A DNA stretch of 62,734 nt, filler included, from Chiloscyllium plagiosum (GCF_004010195.1; 3 parts of one record of this genome joined end to end with filler, not necessarily neighbours in it), one strand, 5' to 3'; positions 24,431-37,549 are shown, numbered from the whole stretch's first letter. Numbers and translations are program-made. Notes: generated by a model from the letters alone, not told the origin.

Positions 24431-25555
24431 ACCATCGCTATAGCCGACACCCCTTCATCATTCCAGGAGTCAAGGCCTAAACCACTCTGGCCTCACCGCC
24501 ACATCAAGAAGATGAAGTAAGAAAATGAAAAAAAAATGCAAAAAGGAGAGAGAGAGAGAGAAAATGGAGGTCAGATGAGTGAAATATTTGAAGAACAGGG
24601 AGATAGATTTTTGAAATATCAGCAAGTTAAGCCTAAATAAGCTGGCACAAAGAGGAGGTGAAACTGGAGCAGATCAACCATGGATCTTGTTGAATAGCAA
24701 GGTAGGCTTGAGGGGCTGAATGGTCTACTCCTTCTTTTATTTCTTATACCCAATTGACCATGGACCAATCTCAGACTGCAAAGACACTGATCTTGGGATT
24801 CTGGTTGGATAGAACACCAGACTTATTGTGGCCAGCCCCCTGGACTGCAGTGTGATAAGCTACTCGACTGAGTGTGGCAGCATCCCCTGACTGACCAAAG
24901 TCTCCTTTCATTCCCCTAAGGATTGGTCCCTTTTGACTTTCAGACATGGCCATTTGGTTGAAACACAAGCAATATGTTTGCTGCATCAGATATTGGCACA
25001 CACTGTAGATGTGACCTTGATGTGACATTTCTGTCCCCTTGACTGTTCAGTGCTCTGAACCAAGACAATCTGTATGCCTTGCCCTCTGCGCCAAACAGCA
25101 TTACAAGCCAGAGAAGCTGACAGCTGCAGCTTAAGACTGAAGAGACTATGCACTAAAAAGCATTGCAAGCCAATGATGCTAGCATCTTCCAGGAGATTCG
25201 AAAGTGAGTGGGCTTTAAGAAAGCAATCTAAGAAGTTATTGTTGCATGAGTGTGTGTCCCTGCAGCCAAAGTGATCTTTGCAGACCCATGCAAATCATAA
25301 GGGTCCAGGAGCTCCCAAGCAAAGTCCTGAATGGGGGAAGTGTTGTATATGTGTTGGTCCAAAAGCAGTCATGATGATGTGGTAAGGCTGGTGATTTGGC
25401 AATGCCAATGTATGTGGAGGAAGGCTGGATAAGGTTGGTGTCCATGGAGTATTTATTCAACTCCCCAGCCATCTCCTGGTCCCCATTATTATTTCACCAG
25501 CCCTGTTCTCTAAGGGGCCTATGTTCACTTTGACCCTTATCTTCCTTTTTATATA

Positions 25556-26053
25556 GGAAGGGACTCAGAAGGGAAAGGGGGAGAGGAGGAGAGCGCTAGT
25601 TATAGGGGACTCTCTAGTTAGAGGGACGGACAGGCGGTTCTTGGGCATGGGGCGAGACTCACGGATGGTTTGTTGCCTCCCGGGTGCTAGGGTCCGAGAC
25701 GTCTCAGACCGTGTCTTCAGAATCCTTAAGGGGGAGGGTGTGCAGCCAGAAGTCGTGGTGCACATTGGCACCAACGACATAGGTAGGAAGAGGGGTGGGG
25801 AGGTCATTCAGGAGCTCAGGGAGTTAGATTGGAAGCTAAAAGCTAGCACAGACAGAGTCGTCATCTCTGGGTTGTTGCCGGTGCCACGTGACAGTGAGGC
25901 AAAGAATAGGGAGAGAGTGCAGTTGAACACGTGGCTGCAAGGATGGTGTAGGAGGGAGGGCTTCAGATATTTGGACAATTGGACTGCATCCTGGGGAAGG
26001 TGGGACCTGTACAAACAGGACGGGGTGCACCTGAACCAGAAGGGCACCAATAT
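25556..26053 (+). mobile_element. CR1 LINE ORF1, SGNH esterase domain (runs into gap)
   Basis: LVIGDSLVR, CCLPGARV, VHIGTND, VISGLLP, DGVHLN; frame is intact. Confidence 0.9.
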
Positions 26054-26153
26054 NNNNNNNNNNNNNNNNNNNNNNNNNNNNNNNNNNNNNNNNNNNNTTA
26101 ATTAATTAANNNNNNNNNNNNNNNNNNNNNNNNNNNNNNNNNNNNNNNNNNNN
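26054..26153. other. Scaffold gap with artificial spacer
   Basis: 44 N + TTAATTAATTAA (26098-26109) + 44 N. Confidence 0.95.
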
Positions 26154-26571
26154 CCGGGTGCTGGCAGGTGGGACTAGATTGGGTTGGGATATCTGGTCGG
26201 CATGGACGGGATAGACCGAAGGGTCTGTTTCCATGCTGTACATCTCAATGACTCTATGACTCTAAGATTGTAAGACACAGAAGGAGCTAGTGTGCTTCCA
26301 ATTAAACCTGGTGGACTGTAACCTGGTGTTGTGTGATTTTTAACTTTGTCTACCCCAGTCTGGGCCGGGTGCTGGCAGGTGGGACTAGATTGGGTTGGGA
26401 TATCTGGTCGGCATGGACGGGATAGACCGAAGGGTCTGTTTCCATGCTGTACATCTCAATGACTCTATGACTCTAAGATTGTAAGACACAGAAGGAGCTA
26501 GTGTGCTTCCAATTAAACCTGGTGGACTGTAACCTGGTGTTGTGTGATTTTTAACTTTGTCTACCCCAGTC
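26154..26571. repeat. Exact tandem duplication, 211-bp period (CR1 tail + PLE fragment)
   Basis: 26154-26360 is identical to 26365-26571. Confidence 0.9.
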
Positions 26572-26583
26572 CAACATTGACAT

Positions 26584-26898
26584 GGTGGCAGCACAGTGGC
26601 AAAGTGGTTAGCACTGCTGCCTCACATTGCTAGAGACCTGGGTTCAATTCCTGCCTTAGGCAACTGTCTGTGTGGAATTTGCACATTGTCTGCGTGGGTT
26701 TCTTCTGGGTGCTCCGGTTTTCTCCCACAGTCCAAAAATGTGCAGGTCAGGTGAATTGGCCATGTTCAATTGCCTGTAGTGTTAGGTAAAGGGGTAAATG
26801 TAGGGGAATGGGTTTGGGTGGGTTGCTCCTCGGAGGGTCGGTGTGGACTTGTTGGGCTGAAGGGCCTGTTTCCAAACTGTAAGTAATCTAATCTAATC
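26584..26898 (+). mobile_element. HE1-like SINE
   Basis: tRNA head, V-domain, (aatct)n tail. Confidence 0.9.
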
Positions 26899-27802
26899 TC
26901 CAAATTGGACGTTATAGAATAGGTTAAGCATGATGGGCAAATTCTGATGATGGTAGAACTTGAGGATACTGTTAGCGTTCACGGGTTGACAGTCAAATGC
27001 TTTTGTCAAGTCAGAAAGGGCAATGTACACCATTTGGTGTTGTTTTGCATTTCTTTTAAGTTTGACACATCATGATGGTCATATCTGTGGTTCCTCTCAT
27101 TGGATGAAAACCATACCCTGAGGTTTGTGTGACTTTGAAACTTTTGTCCCAGAAGGCGACCGAGTAATTGAATATTTAAACACCAAGCTGGATCAATTCT
27201 TGTTCGGCAGAAAATCAAGGGTTACTATCAGCTGAGTTATATGCTGAAGTTATATGCTGAGATTAAGCTGTGATCCTTGCCACCTTAAATTATCCTCATT
27301 GTATTCAAAGCTAATACTCTGAGAAATGTAAGGCACCGAAGAGAAGAATCAGAAATAAGAAAACAATCATGCCAAGGTGGGCATGTGAAGAATATGGTCA
27401 GCAGCCTAGGTCCAGCCAGTCTTCACCCTTTCATTAGTAGAAGTGACAAAAACGAAAACCCTCTTACAAAAACTGCATTCAAAGAAATTGACAGTTGGAA
27501 TTTGGAACTTATTTGTTTTTACATTGAAATTGGCATAAAGCCTAGCTTTTAATATTCATCCACTGATAAGCACTAAGAAATATTTGCAGGTGTATAAATT
27601 TGTGTGAAGGAGTGAATTAAAATCAGGTCAAACAATGCACACAAGAAGGACATGCAATGTATGCCTAGCCACTTTCGTTCATGTTCGATATATTACTCAT
27701 GATTCACCTGAATATCAGAGAAAAACAATCCAACTCTGTTTAAGTAATGATGAGAAGATTTTCTCTTTGCATGTGAAAATATCAGGAGGTGGATAAAATC
27801 AT

Positions 27803-28144
27803 CATCATAGGATCCCTAGAGCATGGAACCAGGCCCTTCAAGCCAACAAGTCCACACTGACCCTCCAAAGAGTAATCTATCAAGACCCATACCTCTACTC
27901 TATTCTTATCCCAACTAATGCACCTAACCTCCGCATTCCAGAATACTATGGACAACTTAGCATGGAAAATTCACCTGACCTGCAGATCCTTGGACTGTGG
28001 GGGGAAACCAGAGCACCTGGCAGAAACCCACACAGACACGGGAAGAATGTACAAACTCCACACAGACAGTCACCCAAGACTGGAATTGAACCTGGGTCCC
28101 TAGCGCTGTGAGGCAGCAGTGCTAACCACTGAGCCACCATGCTG
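27803..28144 (-). mobile_element. HE1-like SINE
   Basis: Reverse-strand head, V-domain and tail. Confidence 0.9.
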
Positions 28145-29179
28145 TCTATTTGCACAATGATTGGCAAAAAGAGATTCTTTTCATTGTTATGGTATCACTG
28201 ATGGCTGGGTTGGAGGGCTGCCAGAAATCATTCTGTCCATGCTAGGGGAAGGGCCCATCTATTTTGCATCCAAAGACTATACAAAATGTTCAGACTATGT
28301 GGAGCTTGAAGTGCACTTCGACATTAACTATTGCATAAGATAATGGTTTGGCAATAGGTTCCTCTGCCTTCAATCCAATTTTGTTTTTTAAACATCATGG
28401 TTAAAATTGTTATACACCAGCATGTTTTCATGCAGATAAGTGCTCTGCATTTCAGATTGTAACCCCACCAGAAACTGAATTGATCAATGAAGGGGAATAG
28501 GAATGGGGGAAATAAAATCCATTTTTGCCAGGAATTAGACTTGTTTATGCTCTGTGGATTCCTTCCATGGGAGAACCACAGGAAAGTATTCTGCTTGCAG
28601 GACTCTTGTGACAGGGATGTATTGTTGGAAAATGTTCCTTTAAATTCCATTCTGTTTGTTATTTAAAGGCCTCAAGTGAAACCTTGTCAGCTTCCAATGA
28701 GTCCAGCTAAAGCTCTAGGAAAAGCCTAAAGACTTTCACACAGCAAGTGATTATCTCATTTCACTTCAGACCTGCAGTTTAAGTTAGTGTAAATGCTTCC
28801 TTTTGTCCATCAGAGATGCAGGGCAATATGTCAGCAGTTTGGTTGGAAATGGTTGACGTGCTCTGAACAGCATAAATTGTTCATTTAGGTAGGAAAAATG
28901 AAAAGGCCCAATAATACTTAAATGGAAAATGACTGCAGAATTCCCAGAGGGATTCCAGCACAAGTCACAATAAGTTAGGATTTGTATGTGGACTCTAATT
29001 TATTGAGATGGAAATTGAACATTGAAGTAAAGATGCTATGCTAAAATTTTGGAAGCTATTGGTGAGACCACAACTTTAATACTATGCACTACTTTTGTCT
29101 CCATATTTCAGAACAGGTGTAAGTGCATTGGAGTAAGTTCAGAGGATCTTTCCTTGATTGATACCTGGAATAAGAAGGC

Positions 29180-29630
29180 GAAAGTGAGGATTGCAGATAC
29201 TGGAAATCAGAGTCTAGATTAGAGTGGTGCTGGAAAAGCACAGCAGGTCAGGCAGCATCCGAGGAGCAGGAAAATCGACATTTTGGGCAAAAGCCCTTCA
29301 TCAGGAATGAAGGCAGGGAGCCTCCGGGGTGGAGGGGGGTGGGGCTGGGGAGAAGATAGCCAAGAGTACAATAGGTGATGGAGGTGGGGATGACGGTGAT
29401 AGGTCAGAGAGGAGGGTGGGAGGAGGTAGCAAAGAGTACAGTTGGTGGATGTAGGATGGGGTAAAGGTGATAGGTTGGAGAGAAGGGTGGAATGGATAGG
29501 TGGGAAGGAAGATTGACCGATGGGACAGGTCATGAGGACGGTACTGAGCTGGAAGGTTGGAATTGGGGTAAGGTGGGGGGAAGGGAAATGAGGAAACTGG
29601 TGAAGTCCACATTGATGCCCTGGGGTTGAA
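29180..29630 (-). mobile_element. Penelope-like element 3' end (pseudo-LTR with decayed hammerhead)
   Basis: Reverse strand ...QPQGINVDFTSF ORF end, C-rich tract, CTGATGA-AGGGC-TTTT-GCCC-AAAATGTC. Confidence 0.8.
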
Positions 29631-29854
29631 GTGCCAGTTGTGCTTTGTGTACTCACCTGGAATAAGTACGCTGCCTCTTGAGGGAAGATAGTACAGACTG
29701 GCCCTGTTTTCACCTGGTTTCTATATATGAGGGGTGACTTGAATGAAGTGTGCAAGATTCTGAACAGTCTTGACAAGGAAGACATGGAAAGGATGTTTCC
29801 TCTTATGGGTGAGTCCAGGATTTTGGGGGGAGGGCACTAGTTTAAATTAAGGAT

Positions 29855-29975
29855 AAAAACCAAAAGTATTAAGGATACTGGAGATTAGAAACAAACACAG
29901 AAGTTGTGGAAAAGCACAACAGGTCTGTGGAGAGAGATCAGAGTTAACATTTCAGGTCCAGTGACCCTTCCTCAG
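29855..29975 (-). mobile_element. Penelope-derived fragment with hammerhead motif (different family)
   Basis: Reverse strand CTGAGGA-AGGGTC-ACTG-GACCT-GAAATGTT (29946-29975). Confidence 0.7.
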
Positions 29976-31030
29976 GATAGTCTTGTTGTTCCTAAAATTA
30001 AGGGTCACCCTTTTTGAGCAGAGATGAGGGTTGTTTCACTGAAGGTTATGTGATTTCTGAACTCCCTGCTTTAGAAAGTGGAGGAGAAGGGTTCTTTGAA
30101 TCTTTTTAAGACAACGTTAGATTTTTGTTAGGCAAGGGAATCAAAGGTTACCAGGAATAGGTGGGAGTGTGAAGCAGAAACAGATCAGCCACGATCTTCC
30201 TGAAATGTGAAGCTGGCTCGAGGGATCATCAAAATGGCCTGTTTCTGCTCCTGATTCATATGCTTAAAATCTGTATGTGACTGACTTAGTTCTGGATGTG
30301 GCGCCGACCTCCCCACTTAGACACAAGTATGCCATCTCTGCCACATTTCATTTGATGGATCGGACTAATCGGAATTTGAGTGTCTACTGTCACAACATAA
30401 GGGACACAAGTTTTCAATGAGTTTTGATTGTAAAGTCAATATTTATTAAACCTTGGAATGTTTGTCACTGCCATAGCCATGTAAGCTGCACATCCCTAGT
30501 TTCTCTTGAGAAGGTGATGATGGGCCATGTCTTCTAATGTTTCAGCTTATGAATGAAGTTATTCTTTGGAAGAGTTTATTACAACTGAGTGGTATTACTA
30601 TATCACTTAAGAAGAGAGCTAAGTCAGAATATTGATACTCCACTGCTTAAAGACAGTGGGTTTCCTTCTTGAAAAGATGTTAGTAAAATAGCTAGACTTT
30701 ATAACAATTTCATAGCTCCATGATTCCTTTTGAGAATATGAGCTCAATGAAAGTCACTTCCTCTAATGATATTTAAGTTCACCTTTTGTGGCATATTAAA
30801 GCATATCTCAATCTTACTTGTTGAGTTTTGTAATGATTATGCTTCCTGAGCATCAGTTGAAAGATAGTGAACAAGAACTGACCATGTAACCCGTCCAACA
30901 TGGATGCTTTGGAAGATGCTGCTTGCTTATGATTGGAAGAATCAATTCAGTTAAAACTGCTTTCACCAAAACATGGTAAAATGTCTCACATGAGTTAAAA
31001 TTGTGTCAAACTGCCTAGACAATTTGGATT

Positions 31031-31344
31031 TTAGATTAGATTCCCTACAGTGTGGAAACAGGCCCTTCGGCCCAACAAATCCACACTGACCCTCTGAAGA
31101 GTAACTCACCAAGACCCATTCCCCTACCCAATATTTACCCCTGACTAATGCTATGGGCAATTTAGCCAATTCACCTAACCCGCACATTTTTGGACTGTGG
31201 GAGGAAACTGGAGCACCCGGAGGAAACCCACACAGACACGGAGAGAATGTGCAAACTCCACACAGACAGTCACCCAAGGCTAGAATCAAACCCAGGTCGC
31301 TGGTGCTGTGAGGCAGCAATGATAACCACTGAACCACTGTGCCA
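31031..31344 (-). mobile_element. HE1-like SINE
   Basis: Reverse-strand head, V-domain and (aatct)n tail. Confidence 0.9.
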
Positions 31345-31479
31345 CTCTTTGAGAAACTTACCAACAGATACAGGTAGTCATCTTCATCCTGTCACGTCAA
31401 TTGGTTGCTAATGTTCTTAGTGATTCATCTGATCATCACTACCAAATGGATCAGCTTTTAAAGAAAATCCCTGTTATGA

Positions 31480-32060
31480 AGTCATAGAGTCATACAGCAC
31501 AGAAAAAGACCTTTGAATCTAACCAGTTCATGCCGATCATAATCCAAAACAAAACTAGCCCCACCTGCCTGCTCCTGGCCCATATCCCTCCAAACCTTTC
31601 CTATTCGTGTACTTATCCAAATGTATTAAAAACATAATTTTACCCTTAACCACCACTTTTTTTGGAAGTTCATTCCAAATACGAACCACCCTCTGTGTAA
31701 AGAATTTGCCCCTCATGTCTTTTATAAATCTCTTTCCTCTCACATTAAAATGTGCCCCTAGTTTTGAAATCGCCCATCCTACATAAACAACAATTACTAA
31801 TAACTTTATACCCTTCATTATTATTTTATAAACTTTTATAGGTTGCCTCTCCACCTCCTACGCTCCAGTGAAAAAACTCCCAGCCTATCCAGCCTTTCTT
31901 CCCAACTCAAACCTTCCATATCCAGCAACATCCTGGTAAATCTCTTTTGAACCCTCTCCAGCTTTAATAATATCCTTGCTAGAACTGGGCAACCAGAACT
32001 GGACACAGTATTCCAGAAGAGCCTTCTCCAATGTCCTGCACAACCTCAAAATGACTTCCT
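31480..32060 (-). mobile_element. CR1 LINE 3' fragment
   Basis: [25 protein letters not shown], tail ctctatgact. Confidence 0.85.
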
Positions 32061-32529
32061 CGGTGGAAGAAATTCTGAATGTAAAGGTAACCACTTCATA
32101 CTTCGGCAATAGAGTATGGAAATAACTTCTGGAACATGTGCTTCAAAAAGTGTTTATTTAATTGAGAAAAGCAGATTTCTTACTTCATCGGAAATTGTGT
32201 CAGTCAAAACTGTAAACAGCATGGCGGGCTTGTTTGCAAACTCTTTATGAAGTCTTTCATCTGTACACCTTGTTCTTATCAATAATTCTCTTTTGGATCC
32301 ATTTTCTTGCTCAAACCTGTGACTAACTTGTTTATGAGGCTGAATAAAGTTTGTTATTTGCTGTGTAGGCCTCAGATTATGAAAGGGCTGGGGATATTTT
32401 CATGGAAGCACATTTAGGAATTCCATTCTTGGAGAATGAGGGGAGGAAGGAACTACAGCTGTGTTTGGAATCATAGAAAGTAGAAAGATGCATATTCAGA
32501 ATGATGCTTATCTTCCCAAGAAGGTTTAT

Positions 32530-33730
32530 AGATCCATGAACAAAGTGCTTATGAGACCATTTGGCCCATCAAGGCTGCTCTGCCATTCGATCATGGCTGT
32601 TTTATTTCTTAACCCCACTCTCCTGCTTTCTCCCCATAACCCTTGATCCCCTTACTCATCAACAACCCATCTATCTCTGAGTAAATAGACCCAATGACTT
32701 GGCCTCCACAGCCTTCTGTGGCAATTGGTTTCAAAAATTAACCACCCTCGTTATCTCAGTTCTAAAGAGATATACCTTCACTCTGAGGCTCAGTCCTTGG
32801 GTCTTAGTCTCCCTTATTGATGGAAACATCTTCTCCACGTCCACTCTATCCAGGCCTCTCAGTATTCAAGTTTCAATGAGATTCCCTCTCATCCTTCTAA
32901 ACTCTATCGAGTTCTCAGCCACTCTTCACATGACAAGCCCTTCATCCTCAGGATCATTCTTGTAAAACTCCTCTGGACCTCTCCACAGCATATCGTTCCT
33001 TAGATATGGGCCCAAACAGCTCACAATATTCCAAACACAGGTCTGACTAAAGCCTTATGCAACCTCAACAGTACCTCCCTACTCTTGTGTTCTAGCCCTC
33101 TCAAAATGGCGAACATTACATTTGCCTTGCTAACCGCCAACTGCATGTTAACATTAAGAGGATCTGAACTAGGACACCTGAGTCCTTCTTGCTTTAGATT
33201 CCCCAGCTTTTCCCCATATAGAAGTGCATGACCTCACATTTTCCAATGTTGTATTCCATCTGCCACTTCTTTGCCCACTCTCCCAGCTTGTCCAAATCCT
33301 TCTGCAGCCTGCCTGTTTCCTCAACACTACCTGTCCCTCCATCTGTCTTTGTGTCATCTGCAAAGTTTGCAATAACGCCCTCAGTTCCTTCATCCGTATC
33401 AGTAATGTATAACCTAATTAGTTGTGGTCCCAATATGGACCCCATACAACACCACTCATCCTGAAAAAAAACCTCTTCATCCCCGCTTTCTGCCTTCTGC
33501 CAGTCAGCCAATCTCGTATCATGCCAGTGCCTTACTCCTAACACCATGGGCTCTTATTTTATTTAGCAATCTCCTTGAGATAGCTTGTCCAAGGCCTTCT
33601 GGAAATCCAACCAGACCAAATCCACTGGCTGTCCTTTGTCTAGTTTGCTCATTACTGCTTCAAAGAATTCTAACAGATTTTCCAACCTGACCTCCCCTTG
33701 ATGAGGCTGTGCTGGCTCCGTCCTGTTTGG
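32530..33730 (-). mobile_element. Degenerate CR1 LINE RT/3' region
   Basis: NLLEFFE, VDLVWLDFQKA, NFADDTK, LQKDLDKLGEWAKKWQMEYN. Confidence 0.85.
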
Positions 33731-34589
33731 CCACACATACCAAATCTTGCAAGAAAACTTGTAACCAACTTCCAAAACAAGCAAGACATTACATGTTACA
33801 ACTAACAGCCACTGAAGCCCTTAATACATTGTCTCCAGCTCCTGTTATGTTGACAGCTGTGATTACAACAACACTGGCCAATCTGCTGTCTATATTTAAG
33901 TTAAACAGGTGTCGAATGTCTGATTTGCTGGACCAGATCTGTCAGTTTCTCCAGAAAACTGTTCGATAGAGCTCAGAGATTTCCTAAAGATTACAGGATC
34001 CTCTCCCATCCCCCAAGGCATCATTGCTTATACCCCGTCCTCCTGCAAACTTCTTCTGAAAATGTCATCACGTTTATACTTCACTGATGTTTTACCAATG
34101 CACGATGACCAGCAGCATATTGAGCAGGTTAATTGTGTTTTACAAGGTCAGTGAGTGAGGGCAAGGTCAATTAAAACAAGATGAAAATGCTCACTTTCCT
34201 GATATTTAGCATCATGCCTTTTGCAGACTGTGGTAATTGATTAATCCTCCACTATTTGACTTTGTCCAATGTGGTTTTCAATTGGCTGATTGTAAAGCCA
34301 GAATTATCATTTGCATTCCTGCCTCTGAGGAACCCATTCTGGGCAGTGCAACAACTGGATTCATCATTTGACTTGAATACTCATTAAACAGACCATTAGA
34401 GTCTTCAAGCAATGGACTAAGTTTTATCAGGCAACCTTGCTTAATCCACTGTCCAACTGGAAAGTCAGTCATCATACTGAGGGAGAAGAGGTGATGGAGT
34501 CTGAACTTCAAGATAAGTCAGGGATTTTGGATCAGCCTGACTGGGGAATGAATAGGGTGGGGACTGGGTTAAGAGAGAAGTTTATGAAG

Positions 34590-35425
34590 AAAAACACCTT
34601 TGACCACAAGTCCAACAGGAAGTGGTCAGCATGGAGTGTCCGTGAGACCCTTCGGGAAAAGGAGAGGACGGATCCTATCGAGCGGTTCCCTGAACAGACA
34701 GTCAAAGCCATTTGGCAGAATGTCTCATCGCCAAGACATGGCTTGGCTGGTGGTGAGAAGGGCTCTGCCTGTGAGATCCTTTATGCACGCCCGGACTCTC
34801 AGCCGCACCGCACACTGCCCTTGAAGCAGCTGCGGGGGGGACGAGACTGTCACACACCTGCTTCTGGAATGTGCCTATGCAGAGGAAGTCTGGAGAGGAA
34901 TGCAGTGGTGTTTGTCGATGTTCGTCCCGAGCAGTGCCATGACACGGGACTCCGTGCTCTACGGTCTGTTCCCCGGGACGCACACCGAGACGAACATCAA
35001 CTGTGCCTGGAGGATCATCAACTCGGTGAAGGACGCTCTCTGGGTGGTCCGAAACCTGCTGATCTTCCAGCTGAAGGAGTTGACCCCGACTGAGTGTTGC
35101 AGACTGGCACATTCCAAGGTCCAGGACTACGTGTTGAGGGACGCGCTGAAGCTTGGGGCAGCTGCCACTACGGCGCGGTGGGGAAAGACCACCGTGTAAC
35201 ATCTGCCTGCCTAAAGAAGAACAGGGGGCCCACGCAGTCATTTGGGCTCCGCTGACGCCTCAGCAGGAGAGCTGGATAGTAAATGTACAGACTTGTATAT
35301 AGGAAAAATAAATTTTGGTGTCTCTATGTAAAGCAATGTAATGTGTGCACAAGAATGGCATGACCAATTGTATAGAGATCCAAATAATTTTTATGAATAA
35401 AGTATATATTTGAAATTAAAAAAAA
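34590..35425 (+). mobile_element. L1-clade (Tx1-like) LINE 3' end with zinc-knuckle region and poly(A)
   Basis: CP*SSCGGDETVTHLLLECAYAEEVW, AWRIINSVKDALWVVRNLLIF; CpG-rich; AATAAA followed by an A-tail. Confidence 0.85.
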
Positions 35426-36039
35426 GAGGCTCTCTCGGGAGGGTTGAGGTGGGGGAATACAATCTTAGGGAGCCTTCCTCTGATGAGCACAGTTGTCCAC
35501 AAAAGAGGCCCCCCCCACTTTTTGCCCAAGAGCAGTCAGGCTGTGTCCGTGGACTGGAGTTGGTAAACAATGTGGTGGAGCTGGAATGTGGCCATTAAGT
35601 GGCCATTCATTGGGAAAGCAGTGGGAAAGTCACGTGCTGAATTCTACAAACTGTATTCACCTCCTCACCATCAAATGCATTGGAAAAAACTGTTAAATTC
35701 AGCTCATGATTCGGACAGCTGATCTCCAACCTGGTGTTGAACTCTATCTCAGCTCACTGAGAGGCTCCTTTATCAATGCATTGGGATCCAATGTCCCCCT
35801 GCATTGGAAGGAGACTAGTAATTAACCATTGCCCAGAGTTCTTCAGGTGCTTACTGAAGACAGCTTCGGTTGAATCATCCCGGCTTTCTTCCTGTTGTCA
35901 AGTCTATATATCCTTTCAACCTATAGTTAACAACATATACTGAATGACGGAAACTGCTCTTTATGTTACCTCAATTACAATATTACCAATTGCTGTTCAC
36001 CATTGATCATGAAGGGTTTGTCGATATTCATCATTGAGG

Positions 36040-36750
36040 GCATGGTGACAGCACACTGGAATTCTCACTGAACACATAATCCGGAGATTTCAGCTAGCGT
36101 TCCAGGAACTTGACATGAAACTCTCACCACGTCACATGATGAAATTTGAATTTGCTCGTAAATTTGGAACTATAAAAGAGTAGTCGAACAAGGATCATGC
36201 AATTTTTGTGATTTGTGATTAAAAACCCATCTGGTTTGCTGATGCTCTTTAGGGACAGAAATCTACAGTCCTTGCCTGGTCTGGCTGACATAGGACTCCT
36301 GACCCACAATAAGATGGAAGAGTTTTAACTGCTCTCTGAAGTAAAAAGTGAAACCAGACAAACCACCTGGCAAAGACCTAGGTATCAGAAAAAAAAGGAC
36401 AAATAAGGAACTGCTGAGTTCTCCTTACTAAAGTCTGGTAAAACTGGGAGAGTTGTCCCATAGGCTATTCAGACCACAACTTGGTATAGTCATTCATTTT
36501 GAATCATACATTAGCATTAATGTCCTGGACAGTACCTTTACCATCCCTAGGTATGTCCTGTCCCAACAACAGATCAGACCACAGTCAGGAAAATGTTCCC
36601 TTGGGAGTCTTCGACATTGAATTTGGACCCCATGTAGTCTCATAGCATTGGATCAAATATGCACAAAACAACTTTCTGCTGGTTATTGCCAAGTGCCCCC
36701 TCCCCAAGCCACTCTGCTGATGAATCAGTTCTCCTCCATGTTGAATATAT
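36040..36750 (+). mobile_element. 5' part of an L2/CR1-like LINE (tRNA-like head plus AP-endonuclease remnant)
   Basis: The head repeat is followed by KLGELSHRL..GIVIHFESY..TIPRYVL. Confidence 0.6.
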
Positions 36751-36759
36751 GTCCAAACA

Positions 36760-37260
36760 TCAGGAGTAGGCCATTCAGCCCATTGGGTTGGCTCCACCGA
36801 TCAATATGATCATGGATGAACTGATGGGAACCTTGAATCGATATTCCTGCCTACTCCTGTTAACCTTTCACCCTTGATTAACAAGAATCTATGTAGCTCT
36901 GTCTTTAAAATATTCAAGGATTCTGCTTTCGCCACCTTTTCAAGAAAAGAGTTCCAAAGAGTGACCCTCTGAGATAACTTTCACCCTGTCTCTGTTTAAA
37001 ATGGGCACCATCTAATTTTTAAACAGTACCTCTGGATTCCATTCTCCCATTGAGAGGAAACATCCTCTGCACAGCTCTCTTATCAAGATCCCTCAGGAAC
37101 TTGTATGTTGAATCAAGTCATCCCTTACAATTCTAAGCTTCAGTGAAGCAAGTCTGGTCAGTCCAACCTTTCCACATCAGACAGTCTGCCTATTCCGGGG
37201 GTAAGTCTGGTAATCCATCTCTGCAATGCTTCCAGTGTCTTTACATCCTTCCTCAAATAA
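36760..37260 (-). mobile_element. Old CR1 3' fragment
   Basis: Reverse strand shows a CR1 ORF2 end and the 3' UTR gaatggcctactcctg. Confidence 0.7.
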
Positions 37261-37549
37261 TGTGGGGCAGCCCACAACCAATTTTGCCTTGTTCTGCATG
37301 ATTGTGGGCCACTTTATTGTGATTGTTATAGGAAAGAAAGTGGGTGACAAAACTGTTACTGTTGGTGCAGATGGGGTGTAGCCAGCACAGAGGGCATGCA
37401 GGGTTAGTAGTGCCAGGGGTTGGGGTGGGCGAAAGTGATTGTGGGAAAGTGTTGCAGGCAACTTTGAGAGTGGAGGGGCATGAACCTTAGTGGGAGATGG
37501 GTACAGTGGCAGAGATAGAGTGAGTGTGAGGTATCAGAGAGATGGTGGC

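Larger units (their letters stand above)
28830..30265 (+). mobile_element. Old CR1 LINE 3' part interrupted by two PLE fragments
   Basis: LVRPQL*YYA, LE*VQR, RGDLNEVCKIL remnants and a CR1-like 3' UTR. Confidence 0.7.

Noticed and set aside
25641..26053. Host SGNH/GDSL esterase gene
   Set aside because: The motifs and the CR1 tail on the far side of the gap identify it as CR1 ORF1.
26098..26109. Palindromic TTAATTAATTAA inside N runs (also 39759-39770)
   Set aside because: Both have an identical 44N-12-44N layout with stops in all six frames, which marks an artificial gap spacer.
27310..27553. About 80-codon open frame (ANTLRNVRHRREESEIRK...)
   Set aside because: No recognisable homology or convincing splice sites; the length is compatible with chance.
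34437..35241. 218-aa and 179-aa ORFs
   Set aside because: These are alternative or antisense frames of the GC-rich Tx1-like LINE fragment.
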